From: Bacteroidota bacterium
Lineage (GTDB): Bacteria; Bacteroidota; Bacteroidia; NS11-12g; UBA955
Direction: 5' to 3'
Assembly (NCBI GenBank): GCA_027621365.1
Contig: JAQCBH010000001.1
Span: forward strand, 200,724 to 264,723
Length of the DNA: 64,000 bases
The position numbers were made by a program, and so were the translations under genes. A model generated the notes under the pieces. It saw only the letters and a program-made list of their open reading frames with translations. It was not told the origin of the DNA and did not search any database. Below, one piece after another: positions 50,188 to 61,139 of this stretch. Positions within the stretch are counted from its first letter, which is position 1. Every line of letters begins with the position of its first letter.

Positions 50188-51731
50188 GCCAAGAGAAAAA
50201 AACCAGCAGCGGGTTTTCCGTAGACCGTATATACAAGGCCGCCGGCTCACAGGAAGATGCTGGCAAATTCCCCTTTACTCGAGGAGTTCGAAGCGACATG
50301 TACCGCGGGCGTCCTTGGACCATGCGCCAATATGCCGGTTTTTCAACCGCTGAAGAAAGCAACAAACGCTACCACTTTCTTTTGAATCAAGGTACAACCG
50401 GCCTTTCGGTTGCTTTTGATTTGCCCACTCAAATTGGGTACGACAGCGACCATCCCATGAGCGAAGGCGAAGTCGGAAAAGTCGGCGTGGCCATTGATTC
50501 ACTCGAAGACATGGAACGCCTGTTTGATGGCATTCAACTGGAAAACATTTCCACCAGTATGACCATCAACGCTTCAGCCTCTTCCCTTCTGGCTATGTAT
50601 GTTGCGTTGGCAAAGAAGCAGGGTGCTGACCTGAGCCAATTGGCCGGAACCATTCAAAACGACCTATTAAAGGAATATGCAGCACGGGGAACCTATATCT
50701 ATCCGGTTCGCCCCAGCATGCGCATCATCACCGATATATTCGAATGGTGCAGCCAAGAATTGCCCAAATGGAACACCATTTCCATCAGCGGATACCACAT
50801 TCGAGAAGCAGGAGCCACAGCGGCCCAAGAACTGGCCTTTACTCTAGCCAACGGCAAAGCCTATGCGCAAGCCGCTCTGGACAAAGGCTTGGATATCGAC
50901 GTATTTGGCAAACGCCTTTCCTTTTTCTTCAATGCCCACAACCAGGTTTTTGAAGAGGTCGCCAAATTCCGAGCCGCCCGTCGCATGTGGGCCCACATCA
51001 TGAAGGATCTGGGGGCTACTGACGACAAAGCCATGATGCTTCGTTTCCACACCCAAACCGGAGGTTCCACTTTGACGGCTCAACAGCCCGAAAACAACAT
51101 CGCCCGAGTCACCTTGCAAGCGCTGGCTGCTGTTTTGGGTGGAACCCAAAGCCTGCACACCAACGGATACGACGAAGCACTGAATTTGCCTACCGAGAAA
51201 GCAGCCCAAATCGCATTGAGAACCCAACAAATCATTGCTTTTGAAAGTGGAGTTACAGACACAGTCGACCCACTAGCCGGTAGTCACTATATCGAACACC
51301 TGACCGACACCATCGAAGCAGCCGCTTGGGAACTCCTCAAAAAGATGGACGACATGGGAGGAGCCGTTGCCTGCGTAGAATCGGGTTGGATGCAAGAGCA
51401 AATTGCCCGAAGCAGTTACGAATACCAAAAAGACGTCGAAGCCGGTGAGCAAATCGTGGTCGGAGTCAACCGCTTCCAAAGCACCCAAAAGGAAGCTCCC
51501 GCCTCTTTCAAAATCGATGATGCGATTCGTTTGACCCAGAGCCAACGATTGGCCGAATTGAAGACCAAACGAAATTCGAAGAGAGTTCAGGAAGCACTTC
51601 AAGAACTGGAAGCCGCCGCTAAGGGTACAGACAACCTGATGCCCTGCATTCTAAAGGCGGTAGAAGAGTACGCCACTCTTGGAGAAATCTCTGATTGCCT
51701 GCGTGTCGTGTTCGGAGAATACCAAGGATAA
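50184..51731 (+). CDS. Methylmalonyl-CoA mutase, catalytic (N-terminal) subunit
   Basis: [32 protein letters not shown]; no B12-binding DxHxxG domain. Confidence 0.92.
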   Translation: MSQEKKTSSGFSVDRIYKAAGSQEDAGKFPFTRGVRSDMYRGRPWTMRQYAGFSTAEESNKRYHFLLNQGTTGLSVAFDLPTQIGYDSDHPMSEGEVGKVGVAIDSLEDMERLFDGIQLENISTSMTINASASSLLAMYVALAKKQGADLSQLAGTIQNDLLKEYAARGTYIYPVRPSMRIITDIFEWCSQELPKWNTISISGYHIREAGATAAQELAFTLANGKAYAQAALDKGLDIDVFGKRLSFFFNAHNQVFEEVAKFRAARRMWAHIMKDLGATDDKAMMLRFHTQTGGSTLTAQQPENNIARVTLQALAAVLGGTQSLHTNGYDEALNLPTEKAAQIALRTQQIIAFESGVTDTVDPLAGSHYIEHLTDTIEAAAWELLKKMDDMGGAVACVESGWMQEQIARSSYEYQKDVEAGEQIVVGVNRFQSTQKEAPASFKIDDAIRLTQSQRLAELKTKRNSKRVQEALQELEAAAKGTDNLMPCILKAVEEYATLGEISDCLRVVFGEYQG

Positions 51732-51927
51732 AATCTGCCTGCTCTTCATCAACTTTTGTACTACGATTTTTTTAAAAAAACAAGCGAAAAAAATTAGCAC
51801 AATGTGAATTTTGTGTCTTTCTTAGCGTCTTGTTAGGAACTTTTCTAGAACCCCTACTCATCAATGAGTTAAAGTTTATAGAAATCCACATTTTTACGCT
51901 AAAAACCGATTTATACGAAAGACCTCT

Positions 51928-53367
51928 ATGGAAAAAAAGTCGCACGAAGTTGTCTGGCAGGAATGCCTCCGAGTTTTCAAAGACAACGTCAACCCTCAAA
52001 CTTTCAAGACATGGTTTGAACCCATCAAACCGGTGCGACTTTCAAACAAAGTCTTGACCATACAGGTACCCAGTCAATTCTTCTACGAATGGCTGGAGGA
52101 GCACTTCGTTCAATTGTTGCACAAGACCCTAAAGAAGGTCATTGGGCCCACCGCTAAGTTGGAATACAACATTGTCATAGAGAATGGCAATAGCGCGGGC
52201 CACCAACCCTACACCATCAACCTTCCGACAGGCTCATCGTCCAAGCCCGTACAGAACGAGTTGGGAATGCCCATCAATTTGGACTCTCCCATTAAAAACC
52301 CGTTCATCATTCCCGGCTTGAAGCGAATGAACATCGACAGCCAGCTGAATCCTCGCTACACCTTCGACAACTTTGTGGAGGGCGATTGCAACAAGTTGGC
52401 TCGCAATGCTGGTTTGGCCATTGCTCAAAAACCTGGCGGCACAGCCTTTAACCCCCTGATGGTTTTCGGCGGATGCGGCTTGGGCAAAACTCATTTGGCT
52501 CACGCCATTGGGAACTTGATCAAGCAAACCCACAAACAGAAAGTGGTGGTCTTTGTATCGGCTGAAAAATTCATCAACCAATTCATTGACTCGGCCAAAC
52601 AAGGAAACAACAATCAGTTTGTCAATTTCTACCAATACTTGGATGTGTTGATTGTGGACGACGTGCAGTTCTTCTCAAAAAAGGAGCGCACCCAGGAAGT
52701 GTTCTTCCAAATCTTCAATCACTTGCACCAAAACGGCAAACAAATCATTTTGACCTGCGATCGCGCACCCAAAGATTTGAAGAACATGGACGAGCGTTTG
52801 CTCAGCCGCTTCAAATGGGGATTGAGCGCCGACTTGGGTACGCCTGATTTCGATACCCGTGTAGCCATCTTGGAAAACAAGATGTACCAGGACGGAATCA
52901 CCTTGCACAAGGACGTGGTGGAATACTTGGCCCACAACATCGATACCAATGTTCGAGAACTCGAAGGCGCTTTGATTTCACTTCTGGCCCAAGGTTCATT
53001 GACACGCAAACAGCTCGATCTGAATTTGGCCAAGCAGATCGTGAAGAATTTTGTCAAGAACTCTACCCGCGAAATTTCGATCGATTACATTCAGAAATTG
53101 GTCTGCGACTTCTACAACATTCCTGTTGAAGCCGTGAAGTCCAAGACGCGCAAGCGCGAAATCGTGCAGGCCCGTCAAATTGCCATGTATTTCACCAAAG
53201 ACCTCACCAAGGCTTCCTTGAAAAACATCGGCATATTCTTCGGCGGCCGCGACCACTCTACCGTGATTCACGCTTGCCAAACGGTAAACGACTTGATGGA
53301 GACCGATAAGAAATTCCGCAACGATGTGGAAGAAATCGAGAAACGCATCAAGATCAACACCTTTTAA
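51928..53367 (+). CDS. dnaA: Chromosomal replication initiator DnaA
   Basis: FNPL..GGCGLGKTHL, DDVQF, NVRELEG, FGGRDHSTVIHA. Confidence 0.98.
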   Translation: MEKKSHEVVWQECLRVFKDNVNPQTFKTWFEPIKPVRLSNKVLTIQVPSQFFYEWLEEHFVQLLHKTLKKVIGPTAKLEYNIVIENGNSAGHQPYTINLPTGSSSKPVQNELGMPINLDSPIKNPFIIPGLKRMNIDSQLNPRYTFDNFVEGDCNKLARNAGLAIAQKPGGTAFNPLMVFGGCGLGKTHLAHAIGNLIKQTHKQKVVVFVSAEKFINQFIDSAKQGNNNQFVNFYQYLDVLIVDDVQFFSKKERTQEVFFQIFNHLHQNGKQIILTCDRAPKDLKNMDERLLSRFKWGLSADLGTPDFDTRVAILENKMYQDGITLHKDVVEYLAHNIDTNVRELEGALISLLAQGSLTRKQLDLNLAKQIVKNFVKNSTREISIDYIQKLVCDFYNIPVEAVKSKTRKREIVQARQIAMYFTKDLTKASLKNIGIFFGGRDHSTVIHACQTVNDLMETDKKFRNDVEEIEKRIKINTF

Positions 53368-53378
53368 TTCCCCTTGAC

Positions 53379-53747
53379 ATGCCCCGTTTTGACCAAACGG
53401 TATCTTACGCTTGGAATGGCGTTTTGAAACTCATTCGCGGTGAGCGACAGTTTCGCATCATCATGGCCGTGATGATCATCGTTCTGATCACGGGCTATGC
53501 ATTGGATTTCGCCGGTCAGCACTTGAATCGATACGAATGGGCCATCATTTGGTTGGCCATGGGCCTGGTCATGGTTTCTGAAGCGTTGAACAGCGCCTTG
53601 GAAAAAGCCCTAGACCGCTTGCACCCTGAGCAACATGCTGACATCGGCGATTCAAAAGACATGGCGGCGGCGGCCACGTTTTTGGCCAGCACCATTGCGG
53701 TGATCGTAGGTCTTTACATCCTACTCCCGCACCTTCTCGCCTTGTAA
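53379..53747 (+). CDS. dgkA: Diacylglycerol/undecaprenol kinase (DgkA family)
   Basis: EALNSALEKALD, SKDMAAAA, three TM. Confidence 0.85.
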   Translation: MPRFDQTVSYAWNGVLKLIRGERQFRIIMAVMIIVLITGYALDFAGQHLNRYEWAIIWLAMGLVMVSEALNSALEKALDRLHPEQHADIGDSKDMAAAATFLASTIAVIVGLYILLPHLLAL

Positions 53748-53798
53748 GACCAGAAGATTCCTTTCTTCTAAAGGATTTCCCACTTGCGCAGCTGAGGC

Positions 53799-55550
53799 TT
53801 ACAAGCCCAATTCTTTGCGCTGCTCGGCCGCTATGGGGCTTGGGGCATCAATCATTACATCACGACCGCTGTTGTTTTTCGGGAACGCAATGAAGTCGCG
53901 AATGCTATCGCTGCCTCCAAAGAGGCTGCACAATCGATCAAAGCCAAGCGCAATTCCACCGTGTGGAGGGGCTCCGTATTCAAAGGCATTCATCAAGAAA
54001 CCAAACTGAGCCTTGGCCTCTTCTGGGCTAAAGCCCAAAAGATCAAACATCTGAGCTTGCAAGCCGCGATCGTGTATACGAATCGAGCCGCCTCCAATTT
54101 CTACTCCATTGATGACCAAATCATAAGCATTGGCGCGAACCTCTCCAGGGGCTGTAGCCATCAAGCCGCGATCTTCGGGCAAGGGAGAAGTGAATGGATG
54201 GTGCATGGCATGGAAACGCCCTGACTCTTCATCCCATTCCAACAAGGGAAAATCAACTACCCACAAAGGCTTGAACACCTTGGGGTCGCGCAAGCCCAAC
54301 TCAGCAGCCACAAGCAAACGCAGCTCGCCCAATTGCTTACGGGTTTTGTGCAGATCACCCGCCATGACGAGCATCAAATCACCAGGCTTGGCACCGGCAG
54401 CCTGGACCCAGGTTTGCAGATATTCGGCATCGTAGAATTTATCAACCGAAGACTTCAAAGAGCCGTCAGCCTCTACTCGACACCAAACCAAGCCCTTGGA
54501 GCCGATTTGAGGACGCTTGACCCAATCGGTCAAGGCATCGAGTTGTTTGCGGGTATAAGTGGCGGCGCCTTCCACGCAAATAGCCAGAACCGCTTCGACG
54601 GAATCAAAAACGACAAAGTCTTTGCCACTGATGAGATCTTGAGCCGCACCCGGCGCCTTCAATTCCACAAAGGGCATACCGAAGCGCAGATCGGGCTTAT
54701 CACTGCCGTAATAACGCATGGCCGTATCGTAGGTCATGCGCTCGAAAGTCTCGAACGACAATCCCTTCACCGATTGGAACAAATGCTTGACCATACCTTC
54801 GAATACTTCCAAGATATCGTCTCGCTCCACAAAGCTCATTTCGCAGTCAATCTGGGTAAACTCAGGCTGGCGATCGGCTCTCAAATCTTCGTCTCTGAAA
54901 CATTTGACAATCTGGAAATACTTGTCAAATCCTGATACCATCAAAAGCTGCTTGAAGGTCTGAGGGCTTTGAGGCAGAGCATACCATTCTCCGGGATTCA
55001 ATCGTGAGGGAACCACGAAGTCGCGAGCTCCTTCGGGTGTACTTTTGATCAAGACGGGGGTTTCAACCTCCAAAAAGCCCTGATCAGACAAGTAATTGCG
55101 AACAGCAGAACCCAAGCGGTGACGAAGTTCCAAATTGGCCCTTACCGAATCGCGACGAAGGTCCAAATAGCGGTATTGCATGCGAATGTCGTCGCCACCA
55201 TCGGTTTCGTTCTCTATGGTGAACGGTGGGGTTTTGCTGCTGTTTAGCACGGTCAACACCTCCACGATCAATTCAATTTCACCCGTAGCAATTTGCTTGT
55301 TCTTGGACTCGCGTTCGGCCACACGGCCTTCGGCCTGAATGACAAATTCACGACCCAATTCAGCGGCTTGATCTAGCAAAGCTTGGTCATAACCTTCATT
55401 GAAAGACAATTGAGTGATGCCGTACCGATCTCGCAAATCCACAAAGGCCATGCTTCCCATGTGTCGAACACGGGCAACCCAACCAGCCAATTTCACGCGC
55501 TGCCCCACATGGGCGATGCGCAATTCTCCACAAGTATGCGAGCGGTACAT
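53799..55550 (-). CDS. aspS: Aspartate--tRNA ligase
   Basis: [35 protein letters not shown]. Confidence 0.98.
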   Translation of the reverse strand: MYRSHTCGELRIAHVGQRVKLAGWVARVRHMGSMAFVDLRDRYGITQLSFNEGYDQALLDQAAELGREFVIQAEGRVAERESKNKQIATGEIELIVEVLTVLNSSKTPPFTIENETDGGDDIRMQYRYLDLRRDSVRANLELRHRLGSAVRNYLSDQGFLEVETPVLIKSTPEGARDFVVPSRLNPGEWYALPQSPQTFKQLLMVSGFDKYFQIVKCFRDEDLRADRQPEFTQIDCEMSFVERDDILEVFEGMVKHLFQSVKGLSFETFERMTYDTAMRYYGSDKPDLRFGMPFVELKAPGAAQDLISGKDFVVFDSVEAVLAICVEGAATYTRKQLDALTDWVKRPQIGSKGLVWCRVEADGSLKSSVDKFYDAEYLQTWVQAAGAKPGDLMLVMAGDLHKTRKQLGELRLLVAAELGLRDPKVFKPLWVVDFPLLEWDEESGRFHAMHHPFTSPLPEDRGLMATAPGEVRANAYDLVINGVEIGGGSIRIHDRGLQAQMFDLLGFSPEEAKAQFGFLMNAFEYGAPPHGGIALGFDRLCSLFGGSDSIRDFIAFPKNNSGRDVMIDAPSPIAAEQRKELGL

Positions 55551-55612
55551 GGGTGCAAAAATACCCAATTCAGAACGGCCAAACTGCCTAGTCCTAAGAA
55601 ATTAACAGCAAA

Positions 55613-56653
55613 TCAATGGCTCTGGGGCCAGCCTTGGGCTTTGATATCAAATGCCGATCCTGCTCGGGTAACCAATCGAATGCTTCCGGCCGCTTCTGTA
55701 GCATGACCAATGATGCTAAAATCGACGTGTTTGTTGATCTTCTCGTAATCACTCTGGGCAATGGTGAACAAGATCTCAAAGTCTTCTCCCCCATTCAAAG
55801 CCACGACGCTGGGATTCAAATCAAAACTGACGGCCGTGTCCAAGGTTTGAGGATCAATGGGAAGTTTTTCTTCGTACACATCAAAACCCACGCCCGAATG
55901 CTTGGCCAAATGGTGCAATTCAGATGCCACTCCATCACTCACATCGATGGCCGAGGTGGGCAGAACGTTCTTTTCCGCCCAGGTTTGAACGACATCCATT
56001 CGTGCATCGGGCTTCAGTTGACGCCCCACAATGTAATCGTAAGGCTCCAAGTCGGGTTGCATGTCCGGATGTTCCGAAAACACTCGTTTCTCCCGCTCCA
56101 ATATCTGCAAACCCATATAGGCCCCACCCAAATCTCCACTCACACAGAGCAAATCTCCGGGTTTGGCTCCCGAACGACGGGTAATTTTCTTTTTATCGAC
56201 CCAGCCATAGGCTTGAATTCCAAGGGCTAATCCGCTGCGAGAAGAGGAGGTATCGCCCCCAATCAAATCCAATTTGTATTGCTCACAGGCAATTTGAATG
56301 CCGGCGTACAAGTCCTCAACGGCCTCCAGCGAGAATCGATTGCTCAAGCCAATGTTGACCGCAATCTGCTCGGGAGTGCCGTTCATGGCCAAGATGTCGC
56401 TCACCCCCGCTACCACGAGTTTGAATCCCAAATGTTTCAGCGGATGAAAAGCCAAGTCAAAGTGTACGCCCTCCAAATAGAGCTCAGAACTCAAGAGGCC
56501 ATAGGTCTTGGAATCGCGCGACAAAACCGCCGCGTCATCGCCAGGCCCAATCACACTCGACTTGTTCTTCAAGGGAAAATGCTCCACCAAGTGATCGATC
56601 AAGCCGAACTCACCCAGGGCAGAAATATCGGTACGGGAACCAGACTCCAACAT
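55613..56653 (-). CDS. thiL: Thiamine-phosphate kinase
   Basis: GEFGLI, GDDAAV, EGVHFD, SDILAM, DVSDG, GGEDFE. Confidence 0.93.
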   Translation of the reverse strand: MLESGSRTDISALGEFGLIDHLVEHFPLKNKSSVIGPGDDAAVLSRDSKTYGLLSSELYLEGVHFDLAFHPLKHLGFKLVVAGVSDILAMNGTPEQIAVNIGLSNRFSLEAVEDLYAGIQIACEQYKLDLIGGDTSSSRSGLALGIQAYGWVDKKKITRRSGAKPGDLLCVSGDLGGAYMGLQILEREKRVFSEHPDMQPDLEPYDYIVGRQLKPDARMDVVQTWAEKNVLPTSAIDVSDGVASELHHLAKHSGVGFDVYEEKLPIDPQTLDTAVSFDLNPSVVALNGGEDFEILFTIAQSDYEKINKHVDFSIIGHATEAAGSIRLVTRAGSAFDIKAQGWPQSH

Positions 56654-56668
56654 GGAGCAAAGATAGCG

Positions 56669-58114
56669 CTAGCTCAAGGATACACAGACATTCTTGGGCT
56701 CGGTAAAGAAGCGCATGGCTTCCCATCCCCCTTCCCGGCCCACGCCACTGCTCTTCGCCCCGCCAAAGGGAGTGCGCAAATCGCGCAGAAGCCAGCAGTT
56801 GATCCACACGATTCCCATCTGCAGTTGGGACGCCATTCGGTGAGCACGGGTCAAATTTTCTGTCCATAAGGTAGCCGCCAAGCCATATTCGGTCGAATTG
56901 GCCATCATCAAGACCTCCTCTTCTGAATCAAATGGAGTCAGGGTAATCACCGGGCCGAATATTTCTTCTTGGTTGCTACGGCAATCGAAAGCCAAATTCT
57001 CCAAGATAGTCGGAGCAATGTACCAACCCTGTTCATGGCCTTCTGGAAACACAGCATGGCCACCGGCCAATATTGTGGCTCCCTCTTGTTTGGCCAACTC
57101 AATATAAGAAAGCACCTTCTCGTAATGTGGCTTGCTAACAATGGCTCCCATTCGAACATCTTGCGCATCGGGAGGACCCACTTTCATTTCTTTGGCCGCT
57201 TGCACCAATTGGGCTTTCACCTCTTCGTACACGGAGCGCTCAATGAACACACGGCTCCCACAAAGACAGATTTCGCCCTGGTTCAAAAAGGAGCTGCTGA
57301 CTGTTGTTTTGACGGCCTTGTCCAATTGGGCATCGGCGAAAATCATGTTGGGGTTCTTGCCTCCCAACTCCAGAGACAGCTTCTTGAACATGGGGGCCGC
57401 AGTGGCGGCCAAGTGCTTACCAGTAGCCGTTCCTCCTGTAAAGGAAATGGCCTTTATTCCGGGGTGTTCCACCATGGATTGACCCACTGAAGGGCCCAAA
57501 CCTTGTACGATGTTCAAAACGCCGGCAGGCAAGCCTGCATCTTGGCAAATTTGACCCAACATCCAAGCGGTCACGGGGGTAAACTCACTGGGCTTTGCGA
57601 TGACGCAGTTTCCTGCGGCCAAAGCAGGGGCTATTTTCCAGCTGAACAAATACAGCGGCAGATTCCAAGGGCTGATGCAGCCCACCACCCCGATGGGTTG
57701 ACGAAGCGTATAATTGATTGCCTTGTCTTCCATGGCATGGCTCTCAGAGGCAAATTGCACGGCCGCAGTGGCAAAAAAACGGAAATTCTGCGCCGAGCGA
57801 ATCATTTCATTGCGGGCCAACCAAACCGGCTTGCCTTGATCCTTGCTCTCAGCCCTAGCCAGCTCTTCGCGACGCTCATCGATCAACTCCGCAATGCGAT
57901 TCAACACTTGAAAACGCTGCTCGGCAGGTGTGACTGACCATGCCGGGAAAGCCTGTTTAGCCGCCTCATAGGCCGCCTGGACATCAGCCGATGATGAATC
58001 TGGCACCTTACCATAGGCTGCCCCTGTCGCGGGATTGTACAAAGGCAAATAGGCTCCATTGACAGGAGCGCTGTATTCACCTCCAATGAAATTGCTCAGT
58101 TGAAGATTGTTCAT
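56669..58114 (-). CDS. Aldehyde dehydrogenase, 2-aminomuconate/2-hydroxymuconate semialdehyde dehydrogenase-like
   Basis: ISPWNLPLYL, LELGGKN, NQGEICLCGSR, EEIFGP, WLLRDLRTPFGG. Confidence 0.88.
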   Translation of the reverse strand: MNNLQLSNFIGGEYSAPVNGAYLPLYNPATGAAYGKVPDSSSADVQAAYEAAKQAFPAWSVTPAEQRFQVLNRIAELIDERREELARAESKDQGKPVWLARNEMIRSAQNFRFFATAAVQFASESHAMEDKAINYTLRQPIGVVGCISPWNLPLYLFSWKIAPALAAGNCVIAKPSEFTPVTAWMLGQICQDAGLPAGVLNIVQGLGPSVGQSMVEHPGIKAISFTGGTATGKHLAATAAPMFKKLSLELGGKNPNMIFADAQLDKAVKTTVSSSFLNQGEICLCGSRVFIERSVYEEVKAQLVQAAKEMKVGPPDAQDVRMGAIVSKPHYEKVLSYIELAKQEGATILAGGHAVFPEGHEQGWYIAPTILENLAFDCRSNQEEIFGPVITLTPFDSEEEVLMMANSTEYGLAATLWTENLTRAHRMASQLQMGIVWINCWLLRDLRTPFGGAKSSGVGREGGWEAMRFFTEPKNVCVSLS

Positions 58115-58674
58115 CGTGTTTGCAAATGTTCAGGGTTGTGAAGTTCGGCAAAAATCTCATACTCGCTGGGAGCGGCCCAAAGCGAGTTCTCTCTCACCCA
58201 AATTCGATAGCCCTTACCCGGCTGTACACTCAATTTCATGGATCTGTCCATCAAAAAGGAATGTGTTTGAATGTCCCACTCCAGGAGTTGAACCAATCCT
58301 CGTTTCTTCAACACTTGAAACTGCCGCAGATCGGCGGCGGTATCGCTGCACTCAAATCGCAGCAAGGACAAGCCTTGGGAAGAATCCAAGGTTTGGCGAT
58401 AAGCACCAAATCGCTTTTCAGCCAAAGCCAAATCGTAATTCAGAAACACGGCAAATTCTTGGACGAAATCACAACTATCCAACTCTTCTGTGTGAATATC
58501 CTCTCCATGAATGACGGTCTTGTAGCAGCCGGGTTGTTCTTTATCCAAGGCTTCAACCTGCCGATACAAATCTTGTGTATAGGTAGACCATTGATCATTG
58601 AAGGCCGACTTCTTTGTTTCAGAAGATTGGCAACCTACCCAGGCCAAAGCGGCCAAAAACATCCACTTAGCCAT
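58111..58674 (-). CDS. Hypothetical lipoprotein
   Basis: WVGC lipobox; overlaps both neighbours in operon style. Confidence 0.65.
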   Translation of the reverse strand: MAKWMFLAALAWVGCQSSETKKSAFNDQWSTYTQDLYRQVEALDKEQPGCYKTVIHGEDIHTEELDSCDFVQEFAVFLNYDLALAEKRFGAYRQTLDSSQGLSLLRFECSDTAADLRQFQVLKKRGLVQLLEWDIQTHSFLMDRSMKLSVQPGKGYRIWVRENSLWAAPSEYEIFAELHNPEHLQTR

Positions 58675-60184
58675 TTTTCTTGATCAAACTCACTCCAGTC
58701 ATGTCTTCGGGCTGCACCAAACCCATGAGTTCCAAAATGGAAGGTGCCACGTCGGCCAATTTCCCTTTGTTCAACTCGGCTCCTTGAGGGCCGTTGATCA
58801 ACCAGCAGGGAACGGGATTGGTCGAATGGGCGGTATTGGGAGTTCCATCTTCATTCAAGGCTACATCTGCGTTGCCGTGATCGGCCATCACCAAAATCGC
58901 ATAGCCCATGTTCGTCAAAGCAGTGGCCAATCGCTGAAGCTGTGCATCAACCGTTTCAACCGCTTCAACTATGGCTGAATAGACTCCTGTGTGACCCACC
59001 ATATCGGCATTGGCATAGTTGAGGCAGACGAAATCAGCGGCTTCTTGCCCTAGGGCTTCCAAAGCCAAATCGGTTAATTCAACCGCACTCATCGAAGGCT
59101 GCAAGTCATAGGTAGCCACTTTGGGTGAAGCCGCCATGATGCGACGCTCACCCTCAAAAGGCTGTTCTTGACCCCCTGAGAAGAAGAAAGTCACATGCGG
59201 ATATTTCTCTGTTTCGGCAGCCCTAATCTGGGTTTTCCCCGATTGGGCCAGTACCTCGCCTAGGGTGTTGTGCAAGTTCTGGTTTTCAAACAACACGCCG
59301 CTGATGGAAAAAGTCTCATCGTAGGTCGTGAAGGTGTAGACCTGCAAATCCAATTTGGACATGCCATGCTCTGCAAAATCTTGCTGACTCAAGGCTCTTG
59401 TCAATTGACGACCTCGGTCTGTTCTGAAATTGGCAAACAATACCGTATCGCCCTCCTGGATCAACCCTTCTGTACCCTCTAAGCAGCGAATGGGTTTTAC
59501 AAACTCATCCGTCACGCCATTTTGATAAGAAGATTCAATGCCCTGAATAGGCTCGCTGCGCTCGCCTACCCCCCGTACCATCAAGTCATAAGCGACCTTG
59601 ACCCGCTCCCATCGCTGATCGCGGTCCATCGCGTAGTAGCGTCCGACCAAGGTACTCAGCTTAGCTCCTGTATGAGCCGTTTGGTCTACAAAATGCTCGA
59701 CAAAAGCCTTACCCGACTGAGGATCGGTATCTCGACCGTCCAAAAATGCGTGGACATAGACCCGTTTCACTCCGTTTGATTGGGCCAATTTGCACAAGGC
59801 GATCATGTGATCTATGTGAGCGTGCACGCCACCATCTGACATCAAGCCCAAGATGTGCAGAGCCTTGTCTTCTCCAACACCCGCAAAACAGCGCTGCAGC
59901 ATGGGGTTATCACCCAAGCTACCGTCTTGCACCGATTTGTTGATGCGCGCCAGCATTTGCCAAACCACACGACCAGCGCCGATATTCATATGGCCCACCT
60001 CTGAATTCCCCATCTGGCCCGTGGGCAAACCCACGTTTTCTCCGTCGGTCAACAGTGTGGAATGAGGCACTGAGGCATTGAGAGAATCCGCATAGGGAGT
60101 ACTTGCACAAGCGATGGCATCCGATTTGCTTTGGTTCCCTAGACCCCAGCCATCCAAGATAATCAATGCGGCTTTTGAAGACAT
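58667..60184 (-). CDS. gpmI: 2,3-BPG-independent phosphoglycerate mutase
   Basis: ILDGWG, GQMGNSEVGH, GRYYAMDRD, ADMVGHTG, ADHGN. Confidence 0.97.
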   Translation of the reverse strand: MSSKAALIILDGWGLGNQSKSDAIACASTPYADSLNASVPHSTLLTDGENVGLPTGQMGNSEVGHMNIGAGRVVWQMLARINKSVQDGSLGDNPMLQRCFAGVGEDKALHILGLMSDGGVHAHIDHMIALCKLAQSNGVKRVYVHAFLDGRDTDPQSGKAFVEHFVDQTAHTGAKLSTLVGRYYAMDRDQRWERVKVAYDLMVRGVGERSEPIQGIESSYQNGVTDEFVKPIRCLEGTEGLIQEGDTVLFANFRTDRGRQLTRALSQQDFAEHGMSKLDLQVYTFTTYDETFSISGVLFENQNLHNTLGEVLAQSGKTQIRAAETEKYPHVTFFFSGGQEQPFEGERRIMAASPKVATYDLQPSMSAVELTDLALEALGQEAADFVCLNYANADMVGHTGVYSAIVEAVETVDAQLQRLATALTNMGYAILVMADHGNADVALNEDGTPNTAHSTNPVPCWLINGPQGAELNKGKLADVAPSILELMGLVQPEDMTGVSLIKKNG

Positions 60185-60234
60185 ATCACAAAGGTAGGCA
60201 CGGCATGACCTTTTTCGCGATATTTGTACGACCA

Positions 60235-60639
60235 ATGCGCGGCACTTTGCTGACTATAGCGACTCTTTTTTGGGCTACAACACTGTGTGCCCAACAACCC
60301 CTAAAACCCCGAATCGACATGCCCTACGCGGTGAACCAATTGCGCAACCAGCGATTGGAATCCAGAAAGGGAAATGGGCAGACCATCAACGGTTATCGCC
60401 TGTTCATGGGTTTGTCCAACAGCCGATCAGAGGCCATCGCCTTGCAGCAAGAAATCAATCACGCCCTGGCAGGCAGCTATGTGGCCGAAGTCGTCTACGA
60501 CGAGCCCAACTTCAAGTTGTACATTGGCCGTTTTTACAGCCAAGCCGAAGCCAATCGAGCCTTGTACAGCATTCGCCCTTACTACCCCGCCTGTCGATCC
60601 ATTCGATTGCCCCTGCCCGTGCCCAATACTGCTCCCTGA
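60235..60639 (+). CDS. SPOR-domain exported protein
   Basis: Signal peptide; GYRL...SRSEA...YDEPNFKLYIGRF. Confidence 0.75.
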   Translation: MRGTLLTIATLFWATTLCAQQPLKPRIDMPYAVNQLRNQRLESRKGNGQTINGYRLFMGLSNSRSEAIALQQEINHALAGSYVAEVVYDEPNFKLYIGRFYSQAEANRALYSIRPYYPACRSIRLPLPVPNTAP

Positions 60640-61133
60640 TGAAAATCGATCCACAACAGAAAAAAATCAAAGCTCAAGTACGGGAATTGTTCACGGCCTA
60701 TCTCGAAAAGAACAAGCAGCGCAAAACCCCTGAGCGATACGCCATCTTGGACGAAATCTATTCGAACAAGGAGCACTTTGACGTCGACAGTTTGTTCGTC
60801 AAAATGAAATCTCGGAATTACCAGGTTAGCCGGGCTACGGTTTACAACACCTTGGATCTATTGGTGGAAGCTGAATTGGTCAAAAAGCACCAATTTGGAC
60901 AAAATACCAGCCACTACGAACAGGCCTACGGTTACCGCCAGCACGATCACTTGATTTGCAATCGCTGCAAAGATGTGTTGGAATTTTGCGACCCCCGGGT
61001 GCAGCAAATCTCCAATACCATGGGCTCCTTGCTCAAGTTCCAAGTGGGGCAACATTCTTTACATTTATACGGCGATCCTCTTCTCACCGAAAAGGGAGAT
61101 TGCCAACACTGCAATAAAAATCTCTATCCATAA
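60639..61133 (+). CDS. fur: Fur family transcriptional regulator
   Basis: RKTPERYAIL, SRATVYNTL, HDHLICNRC; TGATG-coupled start at 60639. Confidence 0.9.
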   Translation: MKIDPQQKKIKAQVRELFTAYLEKNKQRKTPERYAILDEIYSNKEHFDVDSLFVKMKSRNYQVSRATVYNTLDLLVEAELVKKHQFGQNTSHYEQAYGYRQHDHLICNRCKDVLEFCDPRVQQISNTMGSLLKFQVGQHSLHLYGDPLLTEKGDCQHCNKNLYP

Positions 61134-61139
61134 CGATTC

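Noticed and set aside
51732-51927. AT-rich region upstream of dnaA as oriC
   Set aside because: Only one degenerate DnaA-box-like 9-mer was seen (AAATCCACA, 51882-51890, two mismatches) and no box cluster; more likely just the promoter region.
60270-60638. Apparent 123-aa N-terminal extension of Fur
   Set aside because: An alternative frame of the SPOR gene; the real start is the TGATG-coupled ATG at 60639.
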